Shown piece after piece: positions 49,244-59,381 of a DNA stretch of 64,000 bases. The position numbers and the translations under genes were made by a program. The DNA is taken from positions 1-64,000 of the forward strand of contig CBDUKN010000006.1 of assembly GCA_965367815.1 (NCBI GenBank), in the 5' to 3' direction. This DNA comes from an uncultured Thermoprotei archaeon (GTDB lineage: Archaea; Thermoproteota; Thermoprotei; Thermofilales; B15-G2). Each line of letters starts with the position of its first letter. Positions within the stretch are counted from its first letter, which is position 1. The notes below the pieces were generated by a model that ran no database searches, was not told the origin of the DNA, and worked only from the letters and a program-made list of their open reading frames with translations.

Positions 49244-50114
49244 CAGGCTCGGTTCTGTGAGGTAGTTTAGGTACATAGGGATAAGGCACGTACTCTACGC
49301 CAGGCCTAACAGGCATTGCTTGTGGATACAGCTTCATGAGCTCATAGACTTCAGGAGGTATTTCTGTCTTAACATGCAGTCCCAGTTCCTTAGCTTTCTC
49401 TGCAGTAATAGGATAGTCGTGAGTCCACTTTCCTTCAGTTAAAATCTTCGCCAGCTCTCTAGCTTTTTCTTCACCGTATTTATCTTTAGTTAACTCGACT
49501 ATAAGCTCCTGCATTTGCTTAATTGCTTTCTCAGCAATATCTGCGAAGAGCAGTGTTTCATCAGATACTTTATCGACGCCCTTTTCTGACACTACTCTGA
49601 GTATAGATGGAGCTGGCACAGCTAAGCCGGGCTTAATTGACAACTGCGGGTCAAGTGGCCCCAGTACAGCATGAGGATCCATCCATATTTCGTCGGCAGC
49701 TAAAGCAATCAACGTGCCTCCGCTCATCGCATAGTGAGGTACAATTACAACCTTTTTAGCCGGATGATTTTTTAGTGCCTGAGCTATTTGAGCAGCCGCT
49801 AATACAAGTCCTCCTGGCGTATGCAAAATAAGTGCTATAGGCATGTCAGGCGGAGTACCGCGTATAGCTCTAAGTACTTCCTCTGAATCCTCTATGTCTA
49901 TAAATCTATAGAGAGGTATTCCAAGGAAACTTATTCTCTCTTGGCGATGAATAAGTGTAATAAAGCGCATTTTGTATTTTTCTTCAAGCCTGCGCAGCAT
50001 CGATAGTCTTAGGCTAAGTATGTGCCTATATCTCATTTGAGGCTCAAGCAGTATTATGAATAAGAGTAGCCAGAAAAGTAGTCCTATTATATCTATCATA
50101 TAGTATATACTCAT
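49227..50114 (-). CDS. ClpP-class serine protease (SDH_sah family)
   Basis: IHRQE, ILHTPGG, PHYAMSGGT, LGPLDPQ, WTHDYP. Confidence 0.9.
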   Translation of the reverse strand: MSIYYMIDIIGLLFWLLLFIILLEPQMRYRHILSLRLSMLRRLEEKYKMRFITLIHRQERISFLGIPLYRFIDIEDSEEVLRAIRGTPPDMPIALILHTPGGLVLAAAQIAQALKNHPAKKVVIVPHYAMSGGTLIALAADEIWMDPHAVLGPLDPQLSIKPGLAVPAPSILRVVSEKGVDKVSDETLLFADIAEKAIKQMQELIVELTKDKYGEEKARELAKILTEGKWTHDYPITAEKAKELGLHVKTEIPPEVYELMKLYPQAMPVRPGVEYVPYPYVPKLPHRTEPAKTSR

Positions 50115-50173
50115 TAAGCAGAATATATAAGTTTAGAACATACTCATATATTCTTACCCAGCGAAAATTATTC

Positions 50174-51463
50174 ATGGGAAAAATTAAAATAAAGCCCGTA
50201 TTTGTGTCTTATGAAAAAGGATTTTTCAGAGAACTGCCTTCAGCAGAAGAATTTGAAAAAAGAGTTAATGAAGTGTACTCGAAGCTAAAGAAACTCTATC
50301 CTGAAGTCGATTTCTCTGAGCCAGCGCTCATCACTGATGTAGCTGGCTTAAATAGACTAAAGAGCGAGTTGACATACGATACTGACGGAATACTAGTTTA
50401 CAGGCTCGGCGGTATAGCTCATAAGCTTTTAGCAGATATCGGATTAATAGGTCCTCCTCTCATTATGGTAGGTAGAGGAGTGCTTAACCACGATATTGTA
50501 GCCTACTTGAGGCAAAGAGGTAGAGAAGCCTATGCTGTAGTCGACGAAAAAGACCTCTCTAGACTATTTTTCTTCCTTACTGCAAGAAAAAGAGTTAAGT
50601 CTACTAGAGTACTAGTAGTGTCTTCGAAAAGCCTTCCGTCGTTCTCCGCTATAAGCTCTGCCTACGACCTTGACTTAATGAAAGTAAAGCTGGGTATAGA
50701 CTATGAGTGGATTAGTAGCGAGAAACTGTTAAGTGAAACGGAAAAAGTGAGTGATAAAGAGGCTAGAGAAGTGCTAGATGATATTTTAAGTTATGCCATT
50801 AAGGTTGAAGTTAGTGAAGAAAACTTATTGAAGGCTGTAAAACTTTATATTGCTTTAAAGAAACTTTTAAAGGAAAATTACTGTAATGCTGTTGCCGTAG
50901 ACTGCGCCGAGCCAATATACTTTGAGCACCGAGTAACTCCCTGCTTAGCATTTACTCTTCTGAAAGACGAAGGCATACCTGCTTCCTGCGAAGCAGACTT
51001 AAGCGCACTTACGGCAATGATTATATTAATGTACTTGTCGAATAAACCCGCCTTTATGGGTAACTTGTGGCTTCACAGCGCCGAAGAGAACATTGTACGC
51101 TACTCTCACGACGTCCCTCCGACAAGAATTCTTGGCGAAGACCGTAAACCTTTTGAGCTACATGATTTCCACGACAAGAACTACAGCGCTACAGTGTATG
51201 TTGAAGTACCTAAAGAACTAAAAATAACATTAGCTAGAGTAGATTCTTCCTTCAGCAAAATACTAGTATTTAAGGGAACTGTAAAAGCTTCTCACGAAGG
51301 AGTAGGCTGCAGAGAAACACTTGACATAAAGGTAAATAATGCTCTAGACCTTGTCGAGAAAGTAGCGAACTACGGACATCATTTTGCGGCAGTTCTAGGC
51401 GACTACACGGAAGAATTAATTAAACTAGCTAAAATGATGAAAATAGAACCAGAGTGTGCATGA
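50174..51463 (+). CDS. L-fucose/L-arabinose isomerase-like protein (paralog)
   Basis: AVDC, TPCL, SCEAD, FMGN, HDV, GCR, GHH...V.GDY. Confidence 0.75.
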   Translation: MGKIKIKPVFVSYEKGFFRELPSAEEFEKRVNEVYSKLKKLYPEVDFSEPALITDVAGLNRLKSELTYDTDGILVYRLGGIAHKLLADIGLIGPPLIMVGRGVLNHDIVAYLRQRGREAYAVVDEKDLSRLFFFLTARKRVKSTRVLVVSSKSLPSFSAISSAYDLDLMKVKLGIDYEWISSEKLLSETEKVSDKEAREVLDDILSYAIKVEVSEENLLKAVKLYIALKKLLKENYCNAVAVDCAEPIYFEHRVTPCLAFTLLKDEGIPASCEADLSALTAMIILMYLSNKPAFMGNLWLHSAEENIVRYSHDVPPTRILGEDRKPFELHDFHDKNYSATVYVEVPKELKITLARVDSSFSKILVFKGTVKASHEGVGCRETLDIKVNNALDLVEKVANYGHHFAAVLGDYTEELIKLAKMMKIEPECA

Positions 51464-51516
51464 GTCTGACAGTTAGTTAACAAGACTTATATATAATATC
51501 TGATATCTAATTAACA

Positions 51517-52932
51517 ATGTCTCTAAAAATACAGCACTTATTAATCCAGAATCCTTGGTGGGAAGATCCTAGCGAAGTACTTAGAGATAGTAAAGTAATC
51601 GAAGCACTAAGCAGAAAACCTCAAAAAACATATTCTTTCGAAAACATCAAAAACACTATTCTTCTGGGCCCTCGCCAAGTGGGCAAAACAACTTACCTCA
51701 AATTAATGATCCGACACCTACTACTCGAAAAGAAAATAGATCCACGGAGAGTACTTTACTTCTCCTGTGAATTACTAAATACTAAAGAAGATATAGTAGA
51801 GCTACTTAAACTATACGATAGACTTTTTCCTGAAGTTAAAAAAGCCAAGTATATTCTACTTGATGAAATAACTTTTGTAGAAAACTGGGAAGCAGCAGTC
51901 AAACATATGCTGGACACACAAATTTCAAGAAATAAAGTCATCTATATTACTGGCTCTAGCTCAATATGGTTACTAAAAGGATCTGAAAAAATGCCCGGCA
52001 GAGATATCTCAGTAAGGCTTTTCATGCCTATGTGTTTTAGAGAATATGCTGAATTATTTGGCTCAATAAAACTTCGCGAAATAATAAGTTCTCTTAAACC
52101 AGTCAACTTAAGTAAAATAGATAGTGTTAAAAAACTGTACAGAGAAGCTTTAAAAACATCACTTGTGCTAAACGAACTAAATGAGCTTTTTCTTAAGTAT
52201 TTAAAGACAGGAGGCTTTTATAAATCTTCATATGAATACTTATATTCAAGTAGAATAAGTGAAGAAACTTACTTAACGTACGTCAAGTGGATTGAAGGAG
52301 ATTTAGCTAAACTAAATAGGAGAATAAGTCTTCTTCGCCCCTTAATAACAGCTATTGTAGAGAAACTATCTACGAGAATCTCTTACGCCTCTTTAGCCAA
52401 GATCTCTGAGCTCAAAAGCCATATTACAGTAAGAGATTACATAGAGATACTTGAAGGACTTCTTCTCCTCAGAGTATTTTATCAAGTAGATATTTCTTCA
52501 AAAACACCTAATTACAGAAAAGAAAAGAAAGTATATTTTACAGATCCGTTTCTCTACAATGTTTTTAAGGGATACTCTCATGAAGTATACAGAGACTACT
52601 CTGTAGAAAATGCAGTCATACTAGTAGAAAATATTATAGGAGAACATTTAGCAAGACAATTTAGAAGACACGAAACAAGAGTAATGTATTATTGTGAAGT
52701 AAAAGAAACAGACTTCGTTTTACTCAAAGAAAACCTTAAGCTACTTGGAATAGAAGTTAAGTGGCAAAAAGATGTTAAACCCGAAGACTTTGCTAACAGA
52801 CATAGATTTAAAGAGAAAATTCTAGTAACCATGAATGATCTAGATTACTGCGAAAAATATAATATGGCTTTAATACCGGCTTCAGTTTTCTTAATACTAC
52901 TTGATAAACACCAATTATATAAAGTAAGTTAA
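51517..52932 (+). CDS. AAA+ ATPase (AAA_14) with DUF4143 domain
   Basis: QNPWW, GPRQVGKT, LDEI, TGSS, GR, K.YFTDP, E.DF, IEVKW. Confidence 0.88.
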   Translation: MSLKIQHLLIQNPWWEDPSEVLRDSKVIEALSRKPQKTYSFENIKNTILLGPRQVGKTTYLKLMIRHLLLEKKIDPRRVLYFSCELLNTKEDIVELLKLYDRLFPEVKKAKYILLDEITFVENWEAAVKHMLDTQISRNKVIYITGSSSIWLLKGSEKMPGRDISVRLFMPMCFREYAELFGSIKLREIISSLKPVNLSKIDSVKKLYREALKTSLVLNELNELFLKYLKTGGFYKSSYEYLYSSRISEETYLTYVKWIEGDLAKLNRRISLLRPLITAIVEKLSTRISYASLAKISELKSHITVRDYIEILEGLLLLRVFYQVDISSKTPNYRKEKKVYFTDPFLYNVFKGYSHEVYRDYSVENAVILVENIIGEHLARQFRRHETRVMYYCEVKETDFVLLKENLKLLGIEVKWQKDVKPEDFANRHRFKEKILVTMNDLDYCEKYNMALIPASVFLILLDKHQLYKVS

Positions 52933-53050
52933 GGGCTTTTCCATACTTCCTACTTTCATTAATTCATAACAGTAAATTGTTTAACTAAATATCATTCCTA
53001 AGTTTATAGAAAGCTTTAAATACTTTTATAGGAAACATCTATGAGTCTTA

Positions 53051-54376
53051 ATGCAAAATAGGAATCTTAGTAAAAAATGCCCAACAGGTATCAAGGAGCT
53101 CGATAATATTCTCGAAGGAGGATTCGAGCGTGGAAGCGTAGTATTGATAGCAGGACACCCAGGCGCGGGGAAAAGCACGTTTGCTGCTCAATTCATATAC
53201 AGGGGAGCAGTAGATTACCGTGAACCAGGAGTATATATTAGCTTCTCTGAAAACAAGAAAGAATTCTATGAACACATGAAAGCATTTAACTTCAACTTCA
53301 GTAGCCTAGAGAAAATAAATATGTTTAAATATATTCCCTTAATAAGTATTGCAGACGAAAAAATGGTATGCGATATTATAAGCAATATTTATAGCGCAAT
53401 AGAAGAAATAAGGGCTAAACGCCTTGTAATAGACTCTATTACATCTATTCTAGGAACATTCTCAATAAAAGAGGCTAGAGCATTTCTTCACACAAATGTT
53501 CTCTTAGGGCTAAAACCCTACAACGTTACATCGCTATTAATAGCGGATCTGCCTTGGGGAAAAGAAATAATAGGCTATGGTTTCGAAGAATTCTTAGCCG
53601 ATACTATAATAGTCTTAAAGCTAGATGAGAAAAGAGGACTAACTAGAAGAGTACTAGAAATAAGGAAGAATAGAGGAGCACCTACTCCTAGAGTATCCTA
53701 CGATTTTGTTATAACTAAAGAAGGCATAAAGCTCTACGTACCACTTGAAGCAAGTCTTTCAGGAGGCTTTACTAAAGAAAGGGCAACAACAGGAGTACCT
53801 GAGCTAGATAAAATGCTCGGAGGAGGTGTACTCAGAGGCTCAGTAGTCCTCATAAGTGGTCCTTCAGGTACAGGAAAAACACTTATTTCGCTCAGCTTTG
53901 CTATAGAAGGAGCAAAAAGAGGAGAAAAGGTAATTTATATAAGTTTTGAAGAACCAAGAGACCAAATTAAAACAGTTATAGAAAATATGAAAGTAGACTA
54001 CAGCGAAATTAAAGACAATCTACACATATATGCACTGAGCCCTAGACTCTTTACTCCGGCAGCACTTTACAGCTTCTACGAAGAACTCATTAAGAAACAT
54101 TCGCCTTCAAGAGTAATTATAGACGGGGCTTCAGCCTTATCGAGACACTACGAAGAAGAAGAGTACTTGAAGTTGATACGCAATATAAGCTTGCTGTCAA
54201 AATTACACAGGATAACTCTCCTAATAACAGCTCTCTCAAACATAATATTACTTGAAGAAATAGGTGTGAGCAGTATAGCTGATGTACTAATAGCTCTCTG
54301 GTTTGATACACAGGGAGATAAAATAAGAAAAAAGATAACTGTATTAAAGCAGAGAGGAAGCTGGGTAAAAACGTGA
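53051..54376 (+). CDS. KaiC-like double-domain RecA-superfamily ATPase (C-terminus short)
   Basis: Two TG..ELD..L.GG units, GHPGAGKS and GPSGTGKT, KNRG and KQRG; ends about 5 residues after the second K.RG. Confidence 0.88.
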   Translation: MQNRNLSKKCPTGIKELDNILEGGFERGSVVLIAGHPGAGKSTFAAQFIYRGAVDYREPGVYISFSENKKEFYEHMKAFNFNFSSLEKINMFKYIPLISIADEKMVCDIISNIYSAIEEIRAKRLVIDSITSILGTFSIKEARAFLHTNVLLGLKPYNVTSLLIADLPWGKEIIGYGFEEFLADTIIVLKLDEKRGLTRRVLEIRKNRGAPTPRVSYDFVITKEGIKLYVPLEASLSGGFTKERATTGVPELDKMLGGGVLRGSVVLISGPSGTGKTLISLSFAIEGAKRGEKVIYISFEEPRDQIKTVIENMKVDYSEIKDNLHIYALSPRLFTPAALYSFYEELIKKHSPSRVIIDGASALSRHYEEEEYLKLIRNISLLSKLHRITLLITALSNIILLEEIGVSSIADVLIALWFDTQGDKIRKKITVLKQRGSWVKT

Positions 54377-54642
54377 TAGCAATTCTGCTAGCGAACCTTA
54401 GGGCTGTGTACGATGCTCTCTTAGAGCTAAACAACAATATCGAAGACCAGACAGATAACTTGATAATCGAGCTAGTTTCAGCAATAAGCGGAAAATACAA
54501 TATAAATATAGACCCCCATGAAGTCCTCGACGCACTTAAAGAAAACAATAGCCAAAAAATAGAGAGAATAACTAGACAGCTAGTAAACAGCAATAGAAAA
54601 AATCTAGTACTTAAAGGCACTCAAGTAACTCGGCTACCCTGA
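54373..54642 (+). CDS. Hypothetical helical protein or gene fragment
   Basis: 89-aa ORF overlapping the KaiC stop (GTGA). Confidence 0.4.
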   Translation: MIAILLANLRAVYDALLELNNNIEDQTDNLIIELVSAISGKYNINIDPHEVLDALKENNSQKIERITRQLVNSNRKNLVLKGTQVTRLP

Positions 54643-54828
54643 TTGTCTAGGCTCTAAGTACATTTCTACTACGTAACCGCACTTAGCGCAAAAAAGAATC
54701 CTTAGTCTACGCTCTTCAAGCCAGTCAGGAATTTTAATAAACGACTTCACTATAGGAAACTTCTCAGCAATCTTAGAGACATCGATGTGCTTCTCTAAGA
54801 CTTCTCCTTCGCACTTAGGACACTCCAT
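54634..54828 (-). CDS. Small Zn-ribbon protein
   Basis: CPKC...CAKCGYVVEMY. Confidence 0.7.
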   Translation of the reverse strand: MECPKCEGEVLEKHIDVSKIAEKFPIVKSFIKIPDWLEERRLRILFCAKCGYVVEMYLEPRQSG

Positions 54829-54859
54829 GAAAACTACTGCAATTACAAGTATTAAAGCT

Positions 54860-55495
54860 TTAGGGACTAGTTAGCGCTGCATACCAGCTAGCTATACCTC
54901 TCATAATCATTTCAGCTGCTATAGCAGCGACAATAACTGCCATAAATCTGCCTACTGCTCTCACTACGCTAGGCTTCATTAACTCTATTAATTTCTCGCC
55001 GAATCTCAGAGTCAAGTAAGTAGCTAGTACCGCTAAGTACGCCGCTACTAGTACAAAAACAGTGTTCATTAAAGACACTTTCCTGGTAGTCAATAAAATA
55101 AGAATAGTCATTGTGCCTGGACCTACAATTAAGGGAGTAGCTATAGGCACTACAGCAATATCCTCTGGATCAAGCTCTCTTGTCCGGGGAGGCCCGCCGA
55201 GCATCTCAGCAGCTATAATCATTAGAAGTACTCCTCCTCCCACCTGAAGCGAGCTAACGCTAATATCGAAGAAAGCCAGCAAGTAGTCTCCAGCTAGCGT
55301 AAATACTGTTACTAAGAATAAGATAACTATGCTGGCTCTAAGCACAATAGCATTTCTCTTTTCTTTGCTAAAGTCTTCTGTGAGTGAAATAAATACAGGT
55401 AGGACCCCAGGTGGATCCATTATAGCGTATATTTGAATAAAATAAACAATTAAATCAGTCAGTGTAGGCTGACTCACAGCTTCTTGAACTAACAC
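54860..55495 (-). CDS. MarC family membrane protein
   Basis: MDPPG..PVF, GG, AVVPIATPLIVGPG, R.M. Confidence 0.93.
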   Translation of the reverse strand: MLVQEAVSQPTLTDLIVYFIQIYAIMDPPGVLPVFISLTEDFSKEKRNAIVLRASIVILFLVTVFTLAGDYLLAFFDISVSSLQVGGGVLLMIIAAEMLGGPPRTRELDPEDIAVVPIATPLIVGPGTMTILILLTTRKVSLMNTVFVLVAAYLAVLATYLTLRFGEKLIELMKPSVVRAVGRFMAVIVAAIAAEMIMRGIASWYAALTSP

Positions 55496-55507
55496 TAGTT
55501 AAAAATC

Positions 55508-56311
55508 TTACTCTTTAACAATATGAAAAATACACTTATCGTCTCCAGCACTAAGACACTCTACTTCCTCTACTCTGTACCTCGATTTAAGTCCTCCCTC
55601 TAAATATCCTGCAAGATAGCCTCTAGTCCAGTGACAAGACGGCTCTCCCTCTTTTCTACAACATATTGCCTCGAAATTGTCTAGTATTTCAATATAGTAT
55701 TCTCTAGGCTCAATTTCCTCGATTTTAAAAACATAGCCGCGCCCCGTAAACATCCATATAGCCGAAAATCTCTTTAGCACATCTACTTCACTAAAAAACT
55801 TCACTCTCTTAGCTGCATCGAGTTCAGCTAAAGTAAGACCCCATGTTCTACCAAGCAGAAAAAGTAGAGCTTTTCCCTCGTCTCCCCACCGCTCTTTAAT
55901 AACAGCCATACCTTTACTAAAATGTTCTGCATCAAAAAGTACAGCTCTCCTCAAAGTACCGTGGTATACTAGAGGAAAAACTCTCGAAAACCTTACTTCG
56001 GGATCAGCCCTTTTAACATAGTACTCTACTTTAATTACTTCGGGTAGAGAATCTATTTCGTCAGCAGCCTTCTCGACTGACTTAAAGCTTTCAACGAGCT
56101 CAGCTATAATAAATAGAGGCCTAAAGCCTTTAACAGCGACTCCGGTGCCTATTTCTTCTGCCTCTATACCATTTTCGCACAGCTTCTCAATGACTTTAGG
56201 TAGTGCTCGAGATAAGTCAGTTACGAGAACAATAAGCTCGACAAAAGTTTTTCCTGGAGCATAGACATAGCCGAAAACTTCTCTAGCATAAATGTCTTTA
56301 ACTCTGTGCAT
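55508..56311 (-). CDS. ACT-like plus V4R domain protein
   Basis: C-terminal NFE...PSCHWTRGYLAG...VEEVECLSAGDDKCIF. Confidence 0.85.
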   Translation of the reverse strand: MHRVKDIYAREVFGYVYAPGKTFVELIVLVTDLSRALPKVIEKLCENGIEAEEIGTGVAVKGFRPLFIIAELVESFKSVEKAADEIDSLPEVIKVEYYVKRADPEVRFSRVFPLVYHGTLRRAVLFDAEHFSKGMAVIKERWGDEGKALLFLLGRTWGLTLAELDAAKRVKFFSEVDVLKRFSAIWMFTGRGYVFKIEEIEPREYYIEILDNFEAICCRKEGEPSCHWTRGYLAGYLEGGLKSRYRVEEVECLSAGDDKCIFHIVKE

Positions 56312-56643
56312 ACGTGTACAAAAAGAACCAGCGCATATATACCTTTTTATTTTAACTGAAATAAATAGTGTTCAATATTTCAGGAAACCATAAAAACATT
56401 TTTATTCTTTTTTATTCTTTTCTCTAATACCCCTTAAATAAAATCTAAGCGATACACTATATATTTCCGAAAAAATCAACAAATACTCAAAAAACAGTCA
56501 CTTTTATAGCTGTTCAACTTATATTTACTTTGCGTAAAAATATTAACTAAATTATTATTTTTACTCAATTTTTCCCTTAAAATCAGGCTCAGTTCCACTT
56601 CACTAGGTAAGTATTTTAAAGGAAAGGCTGATAGTAGTACTGT

Positions 56644-57759
56644 ATGTCTGAAGTATATCTTATCAAGTTTACTAGGCATACTCACAACATATTAAAGTAC
56701 ACTAGAATACTTCTCGAAGCTACTAACTTCAAAAATAATCTGAAAGAAGGAGAGCTAGTTGCAGTAAAACTGCATTTCGGCGAACGAGGAAATATGCGTC
56801 ATCCAAGACCCCAAATAGTTAAAGCTATAGTAGACTACATTAAAGAAAATGGAGCACTCCCGTTTTTAACAGACACTACCACTCTTTACTCGGGGTACAG
56901 GCGAAACGCTGTTGAGTACTTAGAGACAGCTGCTATTAACGGCTTTACAATAGGGACTGTTGATGCGCCGGTAATAATTGCCGACGGTCTCCTTGGAAGA
57001 GACTACAGAGAAGTAAAAACTCCCGGTGAACTAGGATCCGTTGCAGTAGCTTCAGCTATTGCTGAAGCAGACGCTATGGTAGTTTTATCGCACTTTAAGT
57101 TCCACGTGTCATTTGGCTTCGGAGGAGCATTAAAAAACCTAGCTATGGGCTGCGTTGCCCGTAAAACTAAATTTGATATGCACGCTGTAGCTAAGCCAGA
57201 AATCATACCGGAGCGCTGTATTGGCTGTGGACTTTGTGCAAGACACTGTGCATGGGGCGCTATCTCTATTAAAGAAGGAAAAGCAGTCATAGATTACAGC
57301 AAGTGTGTTGGCTGTGGAGACTGCGTTGCTATATGTAGGCAGAAAGCCGTCCGCATGCCCTGGGGTACAGGTGAACACGTAGAGAAAATGCTTAAGAGAG
57401 CAGCTGAAGCCGTATGTGGTGTTTTAAAAACATTTGATAAAAATAAAGTACTTTACATAAACTTACTTGTGGAAATAACTAGACTATGTGACTGCGCTAC
57501 TTCACTTGAGCCCCCAGTAGTAGTTGACATAGGTATGCTCGCTTCCTATGACCCCGTGGCAATAGACCAGGCTTCGCTCGATTTAGTCAATAATGCTCCA
57601 GGATACTATTTCAAAGAAGACGGGTCTTTAGAAAAAATAGAAGCAGGCGTAGATAAAGTAAAGTTCTTCTTCCCTGAAGTAAAGTACTGGATACTACTAG
57701 AAGAAGCAGAAAAAATGGGAATAGGTCAAAGAAAGTACAAATTAATTAGGCTAGGATAG
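56644..57759 (+). CDS. DUF362 Fe-S protein with ferredoxin insert
   Basis: KLHFGERGN, DTTTLY.G.R, IADG, HFK.H, GGALKN, two CxxCxxCxxxC motifs, CDC, DPVAID. Confidence 0.9.
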   Translation: MSEVYLIKFTRHTHNILKYTRILLEATNFKNNLKEGELVAVKLHFGERGNMRHPRPQIVKAIVDYIKENGALPFLTDTTTLYSGYRRNAVEYLETAAINGFTIGTVDAPVIIADGLLGRDYREVKTPGELGSVAVASAIAEADAMVVLSHFKFHVSFGFGGALKNLAMGCVARKTKFDMHAVAKPEIIPERCIGCGLCARHCAWGAISIKEGKAVIDYSKCVGCGDCVAICRQKAVRMPWGTGEHVEKMLKRAAEAVCGVLKTFDKNKVLYINLLVEITRLCDCATSLEPPVVVDIGMLASYDPVAIDQASLDLVNNAPGYYFKEDGSLEKIEAGVDKVKFFFPEVKYWILLEEAEKMGIGQRKYKLIRLG

Positions 57760-58020
57760 CGCTGTTTCTTTAAGCCATGTTTCCAGCTTTTCTCTCTTAA
57801 AAACGTATTTATGTTTAAGTGAAGTAGCTTTAAGCTGCTTAGCTAGCTCCTTTAAAGCTCGAGAAAAACATATGACTTCACGTTTACTTGTTTTCCTCCC
57901 TCCATAATATCGTCTCAAGTCTTTTGAACTTAAAGTAACAATACCTCCTTTTGTTTGAGAAAGCTTTTTCTCAGCAACTATCCTCACCAGCCTAAACCCC
58001 TCAGCCATCCATCTATCCAT
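57751..58020 (-). CDS. Small basic hypothetical protein
   Basis: 89 aa, K/R-rich; GAGGGG upstream. Confidence 0.55.
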   Translation of the reverse strand: MDRWMAEGFRLVRIVAEKKLSQTKGGIVTLSSKDLRRYYGGRKTSKREVICFSRALKELAKQLKATSLKHKYVFKREKLETWLKETALS

Positions 58021-58180
58021 TAACTTCCCCTCAAAACACTTTTAGTAACTATACTCATAGGGAATTTAAGCCTTTTGTCCGGCAGTCCTACTATTAATTG
58101 AATAATTAACAAAATAAAAATTTTTCGTATTCAAAAAAGACCAGACTATATTTGTTTATAAAAATAGATAATTTGATAAT

Positions 58181-58405
58181 TTAACCCATCATTAGGCCTC
58201 TTCTTTCAGTTCTAGAGTAAAGCTCTCTATTAAGTAGATCTCTTACAGCGACGCGAATCGCTTCACTGCGACTAGGATAGCGTCCTCCCTCAACAAGTTT
58301 TTCGAGACCCTGAACAAGATGGTCGGGAAGGTGTACTGTTATTAGCCGCATGTTGGATTTTCTGCCCACAGCCCCCAGCTTCCTCATGTTAAGCATAGTA
58401 TCCAA
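58181..58405 (-). CDS. Ribbon-helix-helix regulator (CdrS/CopG-like)
   Basis: MRLITVHLP...LEKLVEGGRYPSRSEAIRVAVRDLL; the true start may be a downstream ATG. Confidence 0.85.
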   Translation of the reverse strand: MDTMLNMRKLGAVGRKSNMRLITVHLPDHLVQGLEKLVEGGRYPSRSEAIRVAVRDLLNRELYSRTERRGLMMG

Positions 58406-58612
58406 GAGATTTAAAACCGTACCCGGGGGGTCGTGAATAAGAGCGTATTATACAGATATTTTACCTACTCTTTTACCCAAAAATATTCGAAGATAGCTGT
58501 AAAAATACATTTTTATGTGCCTACTATTTCACAGAATACTTTATTAACAAAAGTTTTTCTCAAAAGAGAAGAGAAAAGGTCAAGAAAAGTTAGCTACAAT
58601 GATACTTAAATT

Positions 58613-59296
58613 CTATATATTTTGCACAAACCGTCTAGCATTGAGTATAAGTTTCTCTAGAACAGTATACGCTTTGAGAGCTTCTCTTCTATCTACTATG
58701 AGAATAGTGTCAGTGTGACATGAGATAAACTGAGTTATGTTTATTCCTTGACTAGCTAGCGCTGAAAGAATGTAGGCTATTACTCCAGGAGTTTTGATTA
58801 TCTCACGGGGGCTCGTAATGAGTATTGCTGTCTGATTTTCTAGAACTTCTACATCGCCTATTTTAGCTAAAGTTTTTTCGATTAAGCTCCGTATACTATT
58901 GTAGAGGTCTTTATCCATCATTATAGTCATGTGTCTAGAACTCTGAGTCACTTGAAGAAAACCAGTCTTTTTTAGAAAAACTTCTTTAGTTAATACACTA
59001 GAACCCTGTACTCCACAAATAGTGCACACGACAATATCATTTATTAATTGTAGAGAACTAGAAGCAATTATTTCTCTTACACGGTCTTCGGTGAAACTCT
59101 TTTCTTCAAGTTTCTCAGCAAATCTTCTTAAAGCCATTTTTACTGCAGGAATATTTTCTTTACCTAAATTTAGCTCAGAGACAATTAATCTAGCCAGGGC
59201 GCTATAGTTTACTATTTTTTTCGATAGTGCTTCAAGTAAATAGGGTCTTGAGGAAACATATTCTCTCACAATGTTACTTATATTCTCTCGTCCCAC
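58613..59296 (-). CDS. ACT-domain regulatory protein
   Basis: IVNYSALAR N-terminus; SP.EI..TPGV.AY....L...GINI.Q.ISC.TD ACT domain. Confidence 0.82.
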   Translation of the reverse strand: MGRENISNIVREYVSSRPYLLEALSKKIVNYSALARLIVSELNLGKENIPAVKMALRRFAEKLEEKSFTEDRVREIIASSSLQLINDIVVCTICGVQGSSVLTKEVFLKKTGFLQVTQSSRHMTIMMDKDLYNSIRSLIEKTLAKIGDVEVLENQTAILITSPREIIKTPGVIAYILSALASQGINITQFISCHTDTILIVDRREALKAYTVLEKLILNARRFVQNI

Positions 59297-59381
59297 AAGT
59301 TACATTTGTAACAGGAATATTTCAATCTTATGCTATATGTTACATTAGGAATATATTTGTCCCAATTTAAACCTAGACGAG

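Noticed and set aside
39990-54380. Stop-codon readthrough explaining the short nadX and KaiC
   Set aside because: The sequence after each TGA does not resemble the missing C-termini; in KaiC the TGA is followed directly by TAG.
56396-56425. TTTTTATTC repeats
   Set aside because: Low-complexity AT-rich intergenic sequence.
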